49,277 nucleotides of DNA from Sphaeroforma arctica JP610 (taxonomy: Eukaryota): contig NW_014040035.1 of the NCBI RefSeq assembly GCF_001186125.1, positions 5,456-54,732 on the forward strand, in the 5' to 3' direction. The notes beneath the pieces are model-generated. The model worked only from the letters and a program-made list of their open reading frames with translations, was not told the DNA's origin and did not search any database. A program made the position numbers and the translations under genes. Shown here piece after piece: positions 30,851 to 43,673 of this stretch (position 1 is its first letter; each line of letters opens with the position of its first letter).

Positions 30851-31599
30851 CTAACTACTATAAACTTAGTTTCAGAAGAAATATATGTCTATTGTTAGAA
30901 ATCCCACCATATATACATAAGTAAGGCAGGCTGGAGAGCATGGTCCTCTCGTGGGTTGGCCCTGGGAAATAAGTCTGATTAAAGGTTCTAAACCCAACGA
31001 AGAAAACTTGGTTTGCTTTGACACCCTTCATGAACTTTAAAATATGCATGTACTGGTAATATGTATGTACTGTATGTGTACGTCGCACTGTACACTCACA
31101 CGTTCACCTTGTGTGTAATGGCTACTCCTAGGACTTGGTCCGAAAGGAGGTGCCCCTGGTACCGTGCGTGACTTATTCAGTGGCGCTAGGACTGCCGACT
31201 ATTGCACATTAATATCACATGTGTTATTTTTATCACATGTGGTTCTGTTCATGTGACTGACTCTGAGCAGTCCAATACTTCTGGAAGTTCGGTAAACCTT
31301 TTGGGTCTGGAGCCCCTTACAAGCCCCAACTGATGGTGAAAATTGTGTGGTGAACAAACACTCGGGGCTGACGCCCCAAAATAAAAATTGTCAGTTCCAA
31401 AATTTACACAAATACAAATGGGAGGAGAACTTAAACACTAGTACAGCGAATACGTGGAAGAGAGCCGTGATAGAGGAGATAGATGGGGAAAATGTCGGGA
31501 CTATCCGACAGATGCACCCATAGCAAGGTAGCGACACATAAATTAATAAAGTGGTAACTTAAGATATGCCTTAATAAGTTAAGTGCAAGTTATAAATAG

Positions 31600-34240
31600 A
31601 ATAAAAACATCCAGCCTGGGATGATGGATATATGGAAACCATAGAAAGGTATGGATCGCCGGTGTTGACCCGCATGTCGGATGCGAGCAGTGAGGTTGAA
31701 TACAGCTATTGCCAGGCAATATAATGAACAATCGGTTTTCACTCGGGAGGCGCGTGAATGAAAACATAGAGCCGATGGGCGTCATTGGCCGATTGGGCCC
31801 CAGGACCGTCTTTTCACTACGATGGAAAGCTATAGCCACCCAACATATCCAGGGAGACGGCGATCAGGAGGAAGATCGGCAAGGTGTAGGTCAATCGGTC
31901 CATGAAACGACGCCTGCCAGGCACCCAGCTTTGACGCTCGTATGAGGGGATAGAAGGCGAAATCTTGGGCTGGGGGCTGGGGGACGTGGTTACTGGCCAG
32001 GCAGCACGCAAGCGCGTATGTAGAGTATGGAGAGTAGCTGAAAGTACGAGCCAAGGAATACAATAGACCTCTTCTCAAATACGGTTATCTCAGCTAGGAT
32101 AAGTCCCTAGTCTGAGAAAACCGAACTGAGTCTTTATTTGTGTTTTCAATAGACTCAGGATTTACTTGAGTGTTTCTCTCACACGCGGAGTTCTGGCATA
32201 GCTTACCGCTTCTACCGCTAATATTTCTGATGACTCTAATATCAGAAATATTCCAATCCTAGTTCCAAAACTCAATATTTGATTATCCTGGGTTTTGGGA
32301 TTTGTATTGGGTTGTGGCGCATGGCCTACCATAGTCACAACCCGTCGTAAGAACAGTCGGCGGCCGACTGCAGAGGAAGCATAGGAGAGGCGTCAGTTGG
32401 CGACCACGCCGAGATATCTCGATGCGGCGGCAGGAACGAAGTGTATGTTCCAACGTCAGGGAAAATATCCGCTGCGCCTTCGCGCAGGAGTACGGCTCGA
32501 GATATAGTCTCCAACGGATCCGGTATCTCCGGGGCCATGGGAAACGGGGACCCGAGAAGAGCAAAGCGCGATTTCTAATATTACTGCGTGTCCTGCGATA
32601 CGGACCACACCGTGTGTAAAACAGCAAGCGTGACCGGACGAGAACTAGACACCAGCATTGGTTGTGGGACAAACAACGCACTTACGAAATCCCAGAAGCC
32701 AGCGGAGACGACGTACGGTGTCGCTGTGTAAGATAAGTGTTGCGGCCCAGTGGGATTACATTAGGGATCACCAGCAGGAACAGCGACACTAGATGCCACC
32801 ATTTGGCACGGGCCATGCATGTGTAGCAAAGTGTGATGCCGGCCGCCTGGTCAGCGGCTACCTTCAAGAGTACTCGTTCTATGAAGCGCCACAGGGGATT
32901 GCACCACAAATTAAGCAACGCCCATGACACCGCAAAGATACCTCCTTCAGGAGAGGCTACGTAAAGGGTGCGTAAAATGGACACACAAAGCCGTCAGTCT
33001 CATGCAAATTAAGATGCTGGTCGGCCAAGCAGAACCAGTTAAACGCTAACATATATTGTGTTGACGTAATCGGTAGAGCAAGTGAAATGACCCAAGTGAC
33101 ACGCTTGTCGGACATTTTTACCAGCGTGCATGCCAGTTGCATCTCGAAATGGATAACGGATGGCAGCCGAGAAAGTAGGTCAACTGTCCTGTTGTCTTTA
33201 GAATCGCCAGCAGGAACAGCTGTGACCCTAGATGCCACCATTTGGCATGTGTAATCTGTGGGCAGCAAAGTGTGTACCGGCCTCCTGGTCAGCGGCTATC
33301 TTTAAGAATATTCGTTCGTTGAAGCGCCACGGAGAGTTGCACTGAAAACCTAGCAACTCCCATGACACCGCAAAGACACCTCCTTCACGAGAGTGCATGT
33401 GTAATCTGTGGGCAGCAAAGTATGTACCGGCCTCCTGGTCAGCGGCTATCTTTAAGAATATTCGTTCGTTGAAGCGCCACGGAGAGTTGCACTGAAAACC
33501 TAGCAACTCCCATGACACCGCAAAGACACCTCCTTCACAAGAGTGTGCGTAGAGGGTACGTAAAAGGAATAGTTTGTTTGTTCCTCGGGCACGCGACGCC
33601 GTCAGCCTCATGCGGACCAAGACGTTGGTCAATCAAGCGGGACTCAACCGCTAACTTATATGTGTTGACGTAAACGGTAGAGCAATGAAATGGCCCAAGT
33701 TACACGCTTGTCGGACGCCTTCATCAACGTGCGTGCCAGTTGCATCTCGAAGTGAATAACGGATGACAGATGAGACTAAGTCGACTATCCAGTTGTCTTT
33801 ACCACTTCCGTGGCATTTACCGGAATCAATATTTCTGCAGATTCCTTGCCAGCGTTGTACTCGCCACACCTGAGTGGTATTCTCGAAGCCGTATTGCTTC
33901 CATAACAAGAGCAAAGCTTCACAATCGGCAGGGACTTTAATGGGAGCGACAACGATCGCTTAATGAATCGCCAGTGATGCATAATCGCCGCTAGCCATTA
34001 TTGTCTGTAACATAATATCGGGCTTGCGCAGGGGATAATTATATCGAGATGTAGGCAACAGGGAGAAGATCCTTGTCGCGCCGCACGTAGAGACAGTCAC
34101 ATACCCATGCTGATGTATTCACAGACATCAAAATATAGGACAAGCTGATTTGACGCGAGCGGTCCTACCACGTGCTCTAGGGCGTCAAAAAGATGCTTTG
34201 TGAATACCAAACGAAAGACCGACATATGATAATCGACCCC
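31600..34240 (-). mobile_element. Gypsy-like family B relic: RT-RH connection/RNase H followed by MTase fragments, internally duplicated; possible integrase C-terminal remnant near 31900
   Basis: HHWRF, RVQRWQ, GKDNWIVDLVS and KDNRTVDLLSR (RH end); IDQRLGPHEADGVACPRNKQ; FAVSWALLNLWCNPLWRFIERVLLKV; two copies of CNSPWRFNERIFLKI; SKLGAWQASFHGP (GPY/F-like). Confidence 0.6.
33245..33544. repeat. 150-bp near-perfect tandem duplication of the MTase catalytic segment, nested in a larger degenerate duplication of about 440 bp (32789-33227 vs 33228-33830)
   Basis: Direct repeat. The ORF 33228-33632 shows EGGVFAVSWELLGFQCNSPWRFNERIFLKIAADQEAGT twice. Confidence 0.9.
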
Positions 34241-35216
34241 ACGGGATCCACAACGCAAGAAGAACTTAAGTCTTCTATGGCGCGTTTCATTCGCGCCTTG
34301 CGTTTGCGGCTTATATGGCACACCTCTCTTATGGCATATGCCTGATACGAGTACTAGCGATTCCATTACGTCATCGCAGAACTCACTACCGTTATCAGTG
34401 CACATAATACCTGGCCACCCGTGGTCAGCAAAGACTTGGCAACATAATTCTGCCACGGTCTGCGTATTCTTATCCTTTAATGGATAGAGCAAGTTAAACC
34501 GTGACGCCACATCAAAGGTTGCCTGTGTGCTCGGTCGTGGGCAGGTCAACCAGATCAATGATGACCCTGCGCCATGGAACATCTTCAGTCACACGCTTCA
34601 GCGGTGCGAAACCATAGCGCTTGATCTGATTGAGATCACAGTCTGTGCATGACTGATATAGTCTGTTAACTAAAGTTGCCAGCTTAGGGTGCGCGATCCA
34701 GTTTCGCTTAGTATCTTTAAGTGCGTCTACTACGTTCTGGTGCTTCAGCTTATGGTTTTGCGTCAGCTAAGTAAGAATGTTTTCATCATTCTGCCCCTCC
34801 AGAATAAAGGTAGGATGTTGAGAATCCACTTGCGTGGTCTCTAAGTCTGTAGTGTTTCCAGACTCCGGTCCTGCTTTCGCATGAGTGTCATAAGTGCGCT
34901 CATGTGCGTTAGATACACCTGACTTATTAAATAGTCGCATTATATGTGTATACGCTTTAGGATTGTCTTTCATTAATCCCTTTAAAAATAAGGGTTAAAG
35001 ACCTCGGGCTTGGACTTTATATTATTAAACAGAGTCCTAGCTAGAGACTGACGCTTCTTAACAGTGTCACTAGTAGATTGTATAACTTGTGCACAGACGT
35101 TAAATGCTGTGTTGCCTTTGAACTGTTTAACGTTCAATTGGGTAGAGAGTGGAATCTCTGATTCTTTGACCTTGTTAAGGAAGGTCTCAGAAGGGGTCCA
35201 TTTGGTTGTTCCAATG

Positions 35217-35620
35217 GGACCTATACGACATATAATAGTATGTCTCCAGGGCGTCTTCTGGACGGCTCGGGTACCCTAATATAGGAAAGTATTTACTTCC
35301 CTATCTAAATATATTGGCTCGCATTGTATCATGCTTATTAATTTATTGAGCCATGGATCTTTACTCCGTAATGGGCAATACAAGGTGAAGGTAGCTTTAT
35401 GTATATGAACATAATTTAATAGCTGGGCAATTAACTGCCATGGTGGATTAGCCCACGCATTATGTTGGGAGAGGTCTATTTGAAAGGCGTCTCCCAAAGG
35501 ATGATTTAAAGTCCTGTAATTCGATAGTTGTGCATTATGATGTGCAGCAAACATGTCAACTGTATGTGGCCCAAATATCTTTTGAGCCAGTTCAAACCAC
35601 CTGGGGTTACCTTTCCAATC
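35217..35620 (-). other. Dam/DIRS-like N6-adenine methyltransferase domain between RNase H and integrase
   Basis: DWKGNPRWFELAQKIFGPHTVDMFAAHHNAQL...DAFQIDL...WANPPWQLIAQLL...TLYCP...W; NPPW at 35438-35449 fits amino-MTase motif IV, (D/N/S)PP(Y/F/W). Confidence 0.9.
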
Positions 35621-38600
35621 AGTGGCTAGTAACTCAGGTACGGATTTATTAAAGTCCGGTACGAAGCGTGATATCATATCCGGTAAATGGTTATGTATTC
35701 CTGGCAGATATTTTATATCAAAATGAAACTTTTGTTATTGTATCATGCCAGCGACTTAGTAATTGTGAGTCGGGTTTCATCTCTTTCATATATTGGACGG
35801 ATTTCTGATCACACATCAGCGTAAATGCTGTTCCGTATAAGTAATCTCGGAAGTGTGATAGCGCTGCCACTATGGCTAATAGCTCTTGTTTAACAGTTGG
35901 ATAATTCAACTGCGAAGCATTCATCGCTCGATTAAAGAATTGTATATATCTAGGTTTGTTATGTATAACCTGATATAATAATCCTCCCTAGGGCTATGTC
36001 GGAGGCGTCCGTTGTTATTTCAAACGGCACGCCATCGACTGGTCCATGTACAACAGGGGCTTGTTGGACTGCGTGCTTGAGCGCTTTAAATGCGTCATCA
36101 CACTCTTTAGTCCATAAGTCTCCTAGTTTGCCTTTATGACATCTTAAGTGTCCAAAAGGTTTAAGGTAGTCAGCCAAGTGTGGTACTCCATCTGAAAAGA
36201 AGTTTACAAATCCACACATGCTGTTAACATCTCTTCTTGTAGTTAGTGTTTACCAATCTAACAGGTGTTCTACCTTACCGGGGTCGATTTTAATACCTTC
36301 CCCAGATATTTGGTAGCCCAAGAGCTGCATTTCGCTCATGGCGAAGTGACATTTCTTCTCGTTAATCTTGAAGTTTAGCTCGTTGAGTCTCTTAAGAACT
36401 CGTCTGACTAATGCGGCGTGTTCGCCATTAGTTTTGGAAAAGATGACTGTGTCATCTATGTAGACTTGCACGTTAGGCATGTCTGCAAACATTTATTCCA
36501 TTACTTGTTGAAATAATGCTGGTAATGAATGTGACCCGAAAGGTGCACCTCTATACCCTGTATTGTTTACCTTTCCACGTAAAACCAAAGTAATTACGAT
36601 GTGGTTCATATACCTGCATTTGATGGTATCCTTGTGTAAGGTCTATAGTTGTAAATACTGTAGCACCTTCCATCCTTCGCAGTAGCTCGTTAATGTGAGG
36701 TAAGTGAAAGCTATGAGTCGGCAATAATTTATTTATTGGACTCATATCTAAACATACACTGACTATTTTAAACGATCCGTCAGAGTTATGTTGGTCTACG
36801 GCTAGCAGTGCCAAGTTAACTGGCATCTGTTGATAGTTAATTTCTATCAAACCATCTGCTAGCTATTTCTCAACTTGTTCTTTTACAACAGCCTCGTGTC
36901 TCCAGGATACATAGTTCCTTGAGGGACACTTTAACTGTGTAAAGTCTACCTTGGTTAAGTCAAGGCTGACATATCCGTCGTTAGAGCGGAATTTTGCCCA
37001 ATCTGTGACCTTTATCTTCTTATTAACAAGAATCAGGTCCATGATTTTGTTCGCAAAGTCAGGTATTAATGCCTTGACTATGTCTGACGGGGGCGTATAT
37101 GTATTCAGACAGTTATCGTATGATTGATCCTTTAATGGATCTATGTTAGTTGGTAGACCAGCTACGGTTATACCTAGAGTTAGTAAATCACTCATTCCGA
37201 CTATAATGTCGTACTTCTGTGACATCTCAACTATCGCAGCCTAACATCTGTGGCCATAGTATCACACTTAGAAGTTTTATCATGAGATAAAATGAGGTGA
37301 GTTGTTTGTGTTCTCCTTTCGATATCTTTTATTAATGCAAAGCGATCGGATATACATGAAATTTCGAAACCAGGATCAATCAACGCAAGGATTTTATTTC
37401 CATTGCAATATACAGGGATTATTACACGCTCATCTAAAGAGTCGTTGTATTGTCTGTGTAACGATTGTACCTGGTTGTACCTTCACTCCAACTTAATGTT
37501 GGGTTTTCTGTCACAAGACTTAGTGTGATAGCCATTGGTCTTCTCAAACTTGTCTCACTTAGTAAGAAAGTGTGTACAGGTGGATGCATGCCTACAATTC
37601 CAATAACCGTTAGGGGTTAATTGGTACATGTCATACCCACACTGTGCGTCGGCACATTTCTTAATCTCCTTAAATGGAGGTTCCATGTCCTTTGCCCCTG
37701 CGCGTGTCCGTTTATTAGGTCGCGTGGATAGAGTGGAGTCGCGAGCACGTGTATGTTGGGGTCTCTCGTTTGAGATTTTCCTAGATACGTACCCGTGATC
37801 GGTGTGCTCCCGCGGCTTCTTTACAGCCGCTTTCTCTTCGATGTTACACGAAGTGCGGGAAAAAGGGTGGATACAGTATCATAAAACTGTTCCCATGTAT
37901 GTCGGAATAGATAAAAATTTGTTTCATGTCCCTTGTCTTGAGCCTCAGTCGCGTATTTACGTCGCAACTCGGTGTACAGGCTCTCACGGTCGTTATTCCC
38001 GATGTTCTTACTGAACTGTTCTTACAGAACACGTGCATAACCAGGAATTTGTACCATCGCTGTGCCTTGTCCTTTATTATATCTGGACATTTTAGGTCAG
38101 CATTTAGTTTCAGAATGTAACTCTGAATGGGCGTGTTCTCAGCTGATTTATTTAAAATTGAACTCAGCCCAGAGATACGCATATCCTTAACTAACAAGGA
38201 CATAACCAACCAACACACAGCTGGCTAGCCACGACAAGTGTCTAGCTCATGCGGGTGTCGTTGCAGGATCAAATAACATGTACCTGTAGGGTCAAATGTC
38301 TGCATTAAGGCAGAGATCAATTGCTGAAGAGCGATGTCATTCGTCTCCAGCATGACCGCAAACGCATTAAGTGTACGGGTTGGCGTGTTGAAGTCATGGT
38401 TGTTTATAAACTCGACCTGCTTGCGGCTGGCATCCCAGTTCGACGTAAGTCGACTGATCTGTCCCTTGTACTTCTGGCTGTCTCTGTGGTCTTGTCCACG
38501 TTGGGCCTGAAGTAGCTGATCGATGCGATTTTGCTTAATCGCAATCATATTTGCAAAATATGATACATTCTCAGCATGATCCGTGGGCGATTTTCATTTT

Positions 38601-39276
38601 AAAGGTATAATCGTCGACCGATTTGTTAAGTTCGGTCACCTCGTCAGAGTGAAAATCCTCTGCGGGTTGATGTAGTGCTGCACGATCGAAGCGATTAAAT
38701 TCGACTTCGTTAACGCGTTTACGGGGTTGTTTATTACCCCTTACAAAGTCCATGGTCGAGGCCTTCCGGTGCTCTGTTCCTCGGATAGTGGTTGGTATTA
38801 TAATCTTGGGTGATTCATGCGTCTGGATAACATACCCAGTTTTAACTGGTTTCCGACGATTGTCATCCCAATTGGGTGGAAGTGGCGGAATATTTCTACC
38901 TGCCTCTGGATCTATAATACCCTCAAGAACGGGTGACTCACGGCCGGGTGTCAGAACAGGCGAGTAATTAGCCTGAAGTTCTATTAGTAGTGCCTCGTAA
39001 GGTATAGATACGCTGAGCTCATCTGGCTCATATGCCACAGGTGTAGCGCTCGAGTCTCTACGTTTTAGTCTCACTTCTTGGCTTCGTAAATGCAAGCTTT
39101 GAAGTTGAGGCAATAGTTGGCCCTCGAGCTCTGTCAGTGGGAGTAGTCTCCTTAATCGTAGTGGCTACATCCTTATCTGAAGCATTGTCCTGTTAACTGT
39201 TATTGTCGGTGGCCAGTACTTCGGCTAATGACTACTAGCTGGTCTCTTAAGGACTAGCTTGGACAAGAAAAATAAA

Positions 39277-40097
39277 TGTTGTGGTAGTTAATCTACCTTT
39301 ACGCCTAAGTAGTCTAAGTAATTAATACCTTTGCTAACTTTAAAATGAGTAAGATTCGGTCTATTGAGGCGATATTAACGCCTTAGAGTAAATAAACGCG
39401 TAGGTAAATTCAAGTATAATATCAAAGTAAATAAACGAAATGAGACTTTTAGTAAAGTTAGGTATGCCTCGTGAAAGCAGCAATACTCTGAGGGATTGTG
39501 AGGCTGAGACATTGCCTACATATAATCCTCTCAGTACTGTTTCTGCCGAAGGGATTTTATTTTGTGTTTCGTTGTCGCTCTATTAGAAACTATGGTATGC
39601 TTCATTGGGGCGAATCCGAGAGACTCATAAAATCCTATCTTTAGAAAAATAAAATAAAATACTATTCATGTCCTTAGTTATTGTCTTAGCCAATAACTTG
39701 TCACTTATCAAGAATTACCGACTTAGCCTTCATCAGACTGGTACATCTGGTTGGCTGATCGGAGGATCAACTAGGTAACGTTAATAGTTCCTAGAAACCT
39801 ATATTCGGTTGAGCCATCTCGCTACCGAAGTATTCAGATATAAATAAAGTTGGAAAATAAATATAGTTCTATCAATAGAACTAGACCAACTCTTATGTTT
39901 GGTTTTTTACTGGGGCCTTTTAATGGCCTCGTCCAAATATCTGATATGTAAAATGGAAAAGGTATTAATTAATAAAACCATTAAAAACCATTAGGAAACT
40001 TAAGTTCCTCGTACTATTAAGAGTACGTTTATAATTTACGTACTGCTAAAGAGTATGTATATAACGTGGAGGCTAACGTAGAGGCCCGGCTATTACA
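39277..40097 (-). repeat. Putative 5' LTR of Gypsy family A (TGTAATAG...CCACAACA); boundaries tentative
   Basis: TG...CA ends upstream of gag. An internal part recurs at the 3' end of the plus-strand family A relic (29850-30020). No clear PBS seen. Confidence 0.5.
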
Positions 40098-41154
40098 CTA
40101 ACAGTTATAGAGGTCTACAACTTGTGTAGTAAACCGTGCAAATAAAACAAGGTTTTTCTACCGTAAAGGTAGGTTTCCTTCAAAAAAAAATTACAGAGAG
40201 CACTAAATTATTTATGGATGAAGTTCACTCTATGTAAATATTTACTACTACAATAACTGCATAGTACATATATTAGTTATATTTTTTTTTCGTAGTGTTT
40301 GCATAAAACATAAATAAAAATAAAAATAATATTGTATTCAAAGTATTTCACCGGTTAAAAGTTTATCGCCACCCTTTCGTGCCTATAATATGGAGATTTG
40401 CCACATATCAATTCCGGGTGATTCTTTTCAGAAATTTATGACGTATCAGAAATGAGGAATCATTGCTGGGAAGTTTATTGGGCATTTATGACAAGAGATG
40501 GGGATTGAGGCCTGAAGAGTTGGAAGACCCGGACCCCGCCGGGGGTGCCCCAGCCAGTGCAAAGTAAGGCCGAGGACAGGGTTAGAACAATCAGAGTCTT
40601 GGCCTCTCAGAGGTCATTTGTCATGACGTTGTTGCCCACCGTCATAATATAGTCCAATGAATTTCAAGGCTCGTAATATTACGTTATTTATAGAACCAAA
40701 CAGCTATATATCCTTTTTTATTTTAAAAACAAATAAATATAATCATCAATGACATACGAAGTACACAATGATGCACACAGGATATGCTAGTCTACTACAT
40801 AGTACACAGAATATAGACAGTCAAATTGCTGATATTAGTGAATACAATTTAGAAATTCTACAAGAAGCGAATCTGTCACACCAATATTATTATTATTACT
40901 ATATACTGAAAGCACTTCCTCATCATTAACAAAGTTAAAATCTAGAGTTACAGTGTATAACTACCCGCTATTGTAACAAGAGCGAAAAAAACACAGTATT
41001 GCTGTATATACGTCGGTGTCTGCGTCAGCCATTCGTATTCGTATAGTCGAGATCTACTTTAGTGTAATCAATCTTGCTTCTTCCACAGTTGTACACGTGT
41101 TACACTTTTACTAATTGTTATATCGTACTGCATAAATAGTTTATATTGTTGACG

Positions 41155-41634
41155 ATGTCCAGCACGGATATTTCTAATATGGACGATACCAGCACCCTTG
41201 ATGCGCCTCGTCAGGCAACATGGCTGGATTTCGTAATAGTGATTGGCACTGTTATATTCCTTGCCTTTCTCCTTGTGAATCTGCTGTCAATGATCTGGAA
41301 CTACATAAAGCTTAGAAAAGAGATCAAGAAGTCATATAAACGAGCCAAAGCGAGTAGGATACGCGCTGAAAAGCGAGCGATAGCCCGAGCCGGCAAAGCG
41401 GAGGAAGATAAAAAGAACGGTTCGACGAGAGAGCTGAAGTCAACTGAAGCATTCTTAGCTCTGAGTGTGACTGACGATCCCAGCAGTGTCTTCACTAGTG
41501 CGTCAGCACCAGCTGAGGAGACGGGAAAGAGTGCGAGAGTGCTATGTCCAAACTGCAATGACGATATTCTGGAAAGTCGGGTGAATGCACACCTAGACAG
41601 GTGTCTGGCTAGAAATTCAGATACTATTGTGTAG
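41155..41634 (+). CDS. Single-exon 159-aa protein: one TM helix, basic helical stretch, C-terminal Rad18/UBZ4-type zinc finger
   Basis: Hydrophobic FVIVIGTVIFLAFLLVNLLSMIW and VLCPNCNDDILESRVNAHLDRCL (CPxC...NxHLDxC). Confidence 0.75.
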   Translation: MSSTDISNMDDTSTLDAPRQATWLDFVIVIGTVIFLAFLLVNLLSMIWNYIKLRKEIKKSYKRAKASRIRAEKRAIARAGKAEEDKKNGSTRELKSTEAFLALSVTDDPSSVFTSASAPAEETGKSARVLCPNCNDDILESRVNAHLDRCLARNSDTIV

Positions 41635-42984
41635 CTCTGGCTATGAGATGGGGCGTTGTAGTTCACAGTGCTACACACATCGTTGCGAACGGCATAGGAG
41701 TTACGAACTTGAAGTAATTTACTTCACTTGCTATACCAGCCCTTGGATGTTTGATGCCACTTAAGAGCGTACATGTCATCGATTTTCGATAGTACCGATC
41801 GCGTGCACGAATCGTAGACTTGAATGTCAATGTGAAGTATACAGAGGGAATCATGGGTGATGCAACATATGCGTAGACTAAACGCAACATTTCCCCATGC
41901 AGCGACCAGTTGTACTGTGTACCAGGGGGCATGCGAGAAGCGATTGTTAATCGGCGGAACAATCTTTGTTTTAGTGGACATGTGCGAAGATATTCAAAAT
42001 TGCAAATAAGGTGCACGGGAAGGGAGACGAGCACTTGGAAGGCACCTCTGCGTTGCTCGATTATGTTATCGACATAATGGTATCCTTCCGTTCTATGGGT
42101 CCGACGCACACTCTAATTCACTGCGGTAGCCAGCTTACGGCACCGTTTTGAGCGTAAGAGATACGTCCGTGAGATAAGAGTTTTAGCACAACTTGAGGTT
42201 ACCAAGGCTCGCCAGATTCGGGTAATCAGGGACCCAACATCCTATACTTATCTCTTCCACATACAGACAACAATCGGATACACCAACATACTTCAGACTG
42301 AATAAAATACAGTCATCATCGTTTGTGGTTATAGTGTCATTGCGGATCATTTGAACGTTTGGTATATGTCTGACGTTGTCTCGGGCTACTGCAAGCAAGA
42401 CGAGATTTGATTGCGCCACATCATACTTGAACTTCAAGTGGCAAGCATGTTTGTGTTTTTAACGGGTTCTTCTCCCCAATTGTTGCGCACCAATTTCATC
42501 TGAACAATAATATTGCATGCCCGGACTCCTAACATATATTTAGCTTTCAGCGTCATATAAAAATATTTCAAACACCATCGAGCAATGAGTATAAATATAG
42601 TCTATCTCCGGCCATGGGTATGATCGTTTTGAAGAAACAGCCTAGAAAAGACTCAATTGGTGCACACAATCTCAAGTCATTGTCTGCTAGCAGACTATGG
42701 AGGTCAGAAATGATGTTTAGCAAAGCCTGAAGTAAAATCTAATGGATAAGGGCAATTATTGATTGCAAGTGTATAGTAGTGGAATTTATTCGACATTCGG
42801 ATTTAAGTCGATACCGGATAGACTAGCTTCGTTTGCGCGAATTCAGATCGGAGTGAATTCCAGGAACACATCCCAAATATTGAAAATAAGAGGCATCATA
42901 TATATATGTGTACGTACATATGCAATTGGAAAAGTATCACACATTCAACTATGAAGCGAATGCATACATCTATGCGTACAAACA

Positions 42985-43673
<689 letters not shown>

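Larger units (their letters stand above)
34250..40097 (-). mobile_element. Ty3/Gypsy family A retrotransposon, 3'-truncated: putative 5' LTR-gag-PR-RT-RH-MTase-INT
   Basis: PR ALIDPG (about 37380); RT CLDMSPIN, TTIDLTQGYHQ, VYIDD; RH TTDASD, KQELLAIV, CDQKS; MTase FGPHTVDMFA and WANPPW; INT HKLKH...CTDC, PWRRVIIDL, TDNGSEF, PQTQGANE. Stops and frameshifts present. Confidence 0.9.

Noticed and set aside
31114..31580. 3' LTR of family B (TGTAATGG terminus at 31114)
   Set aside because: No partner LTR, PPT or TSD found in the window.
39255..39276. Tf1-like self-priming PBS for Gypsy A
   Set aside because: The only matching LTR sequence (AGAAAAATAAA, about 39643) is in direct, not complementary, orientation.
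34250..40097. Classification as a DIRS element because of RT-RH-MT
   Set aside because: A protease-like motif and an HHCC/DDE integrase are present; no tyrosine recombinase motifs or inverted terminal repeats were seen.
41301..41678. 125-aa antisense ORF
   Set aside because: Shadow of the TM-UBZ4 gene.
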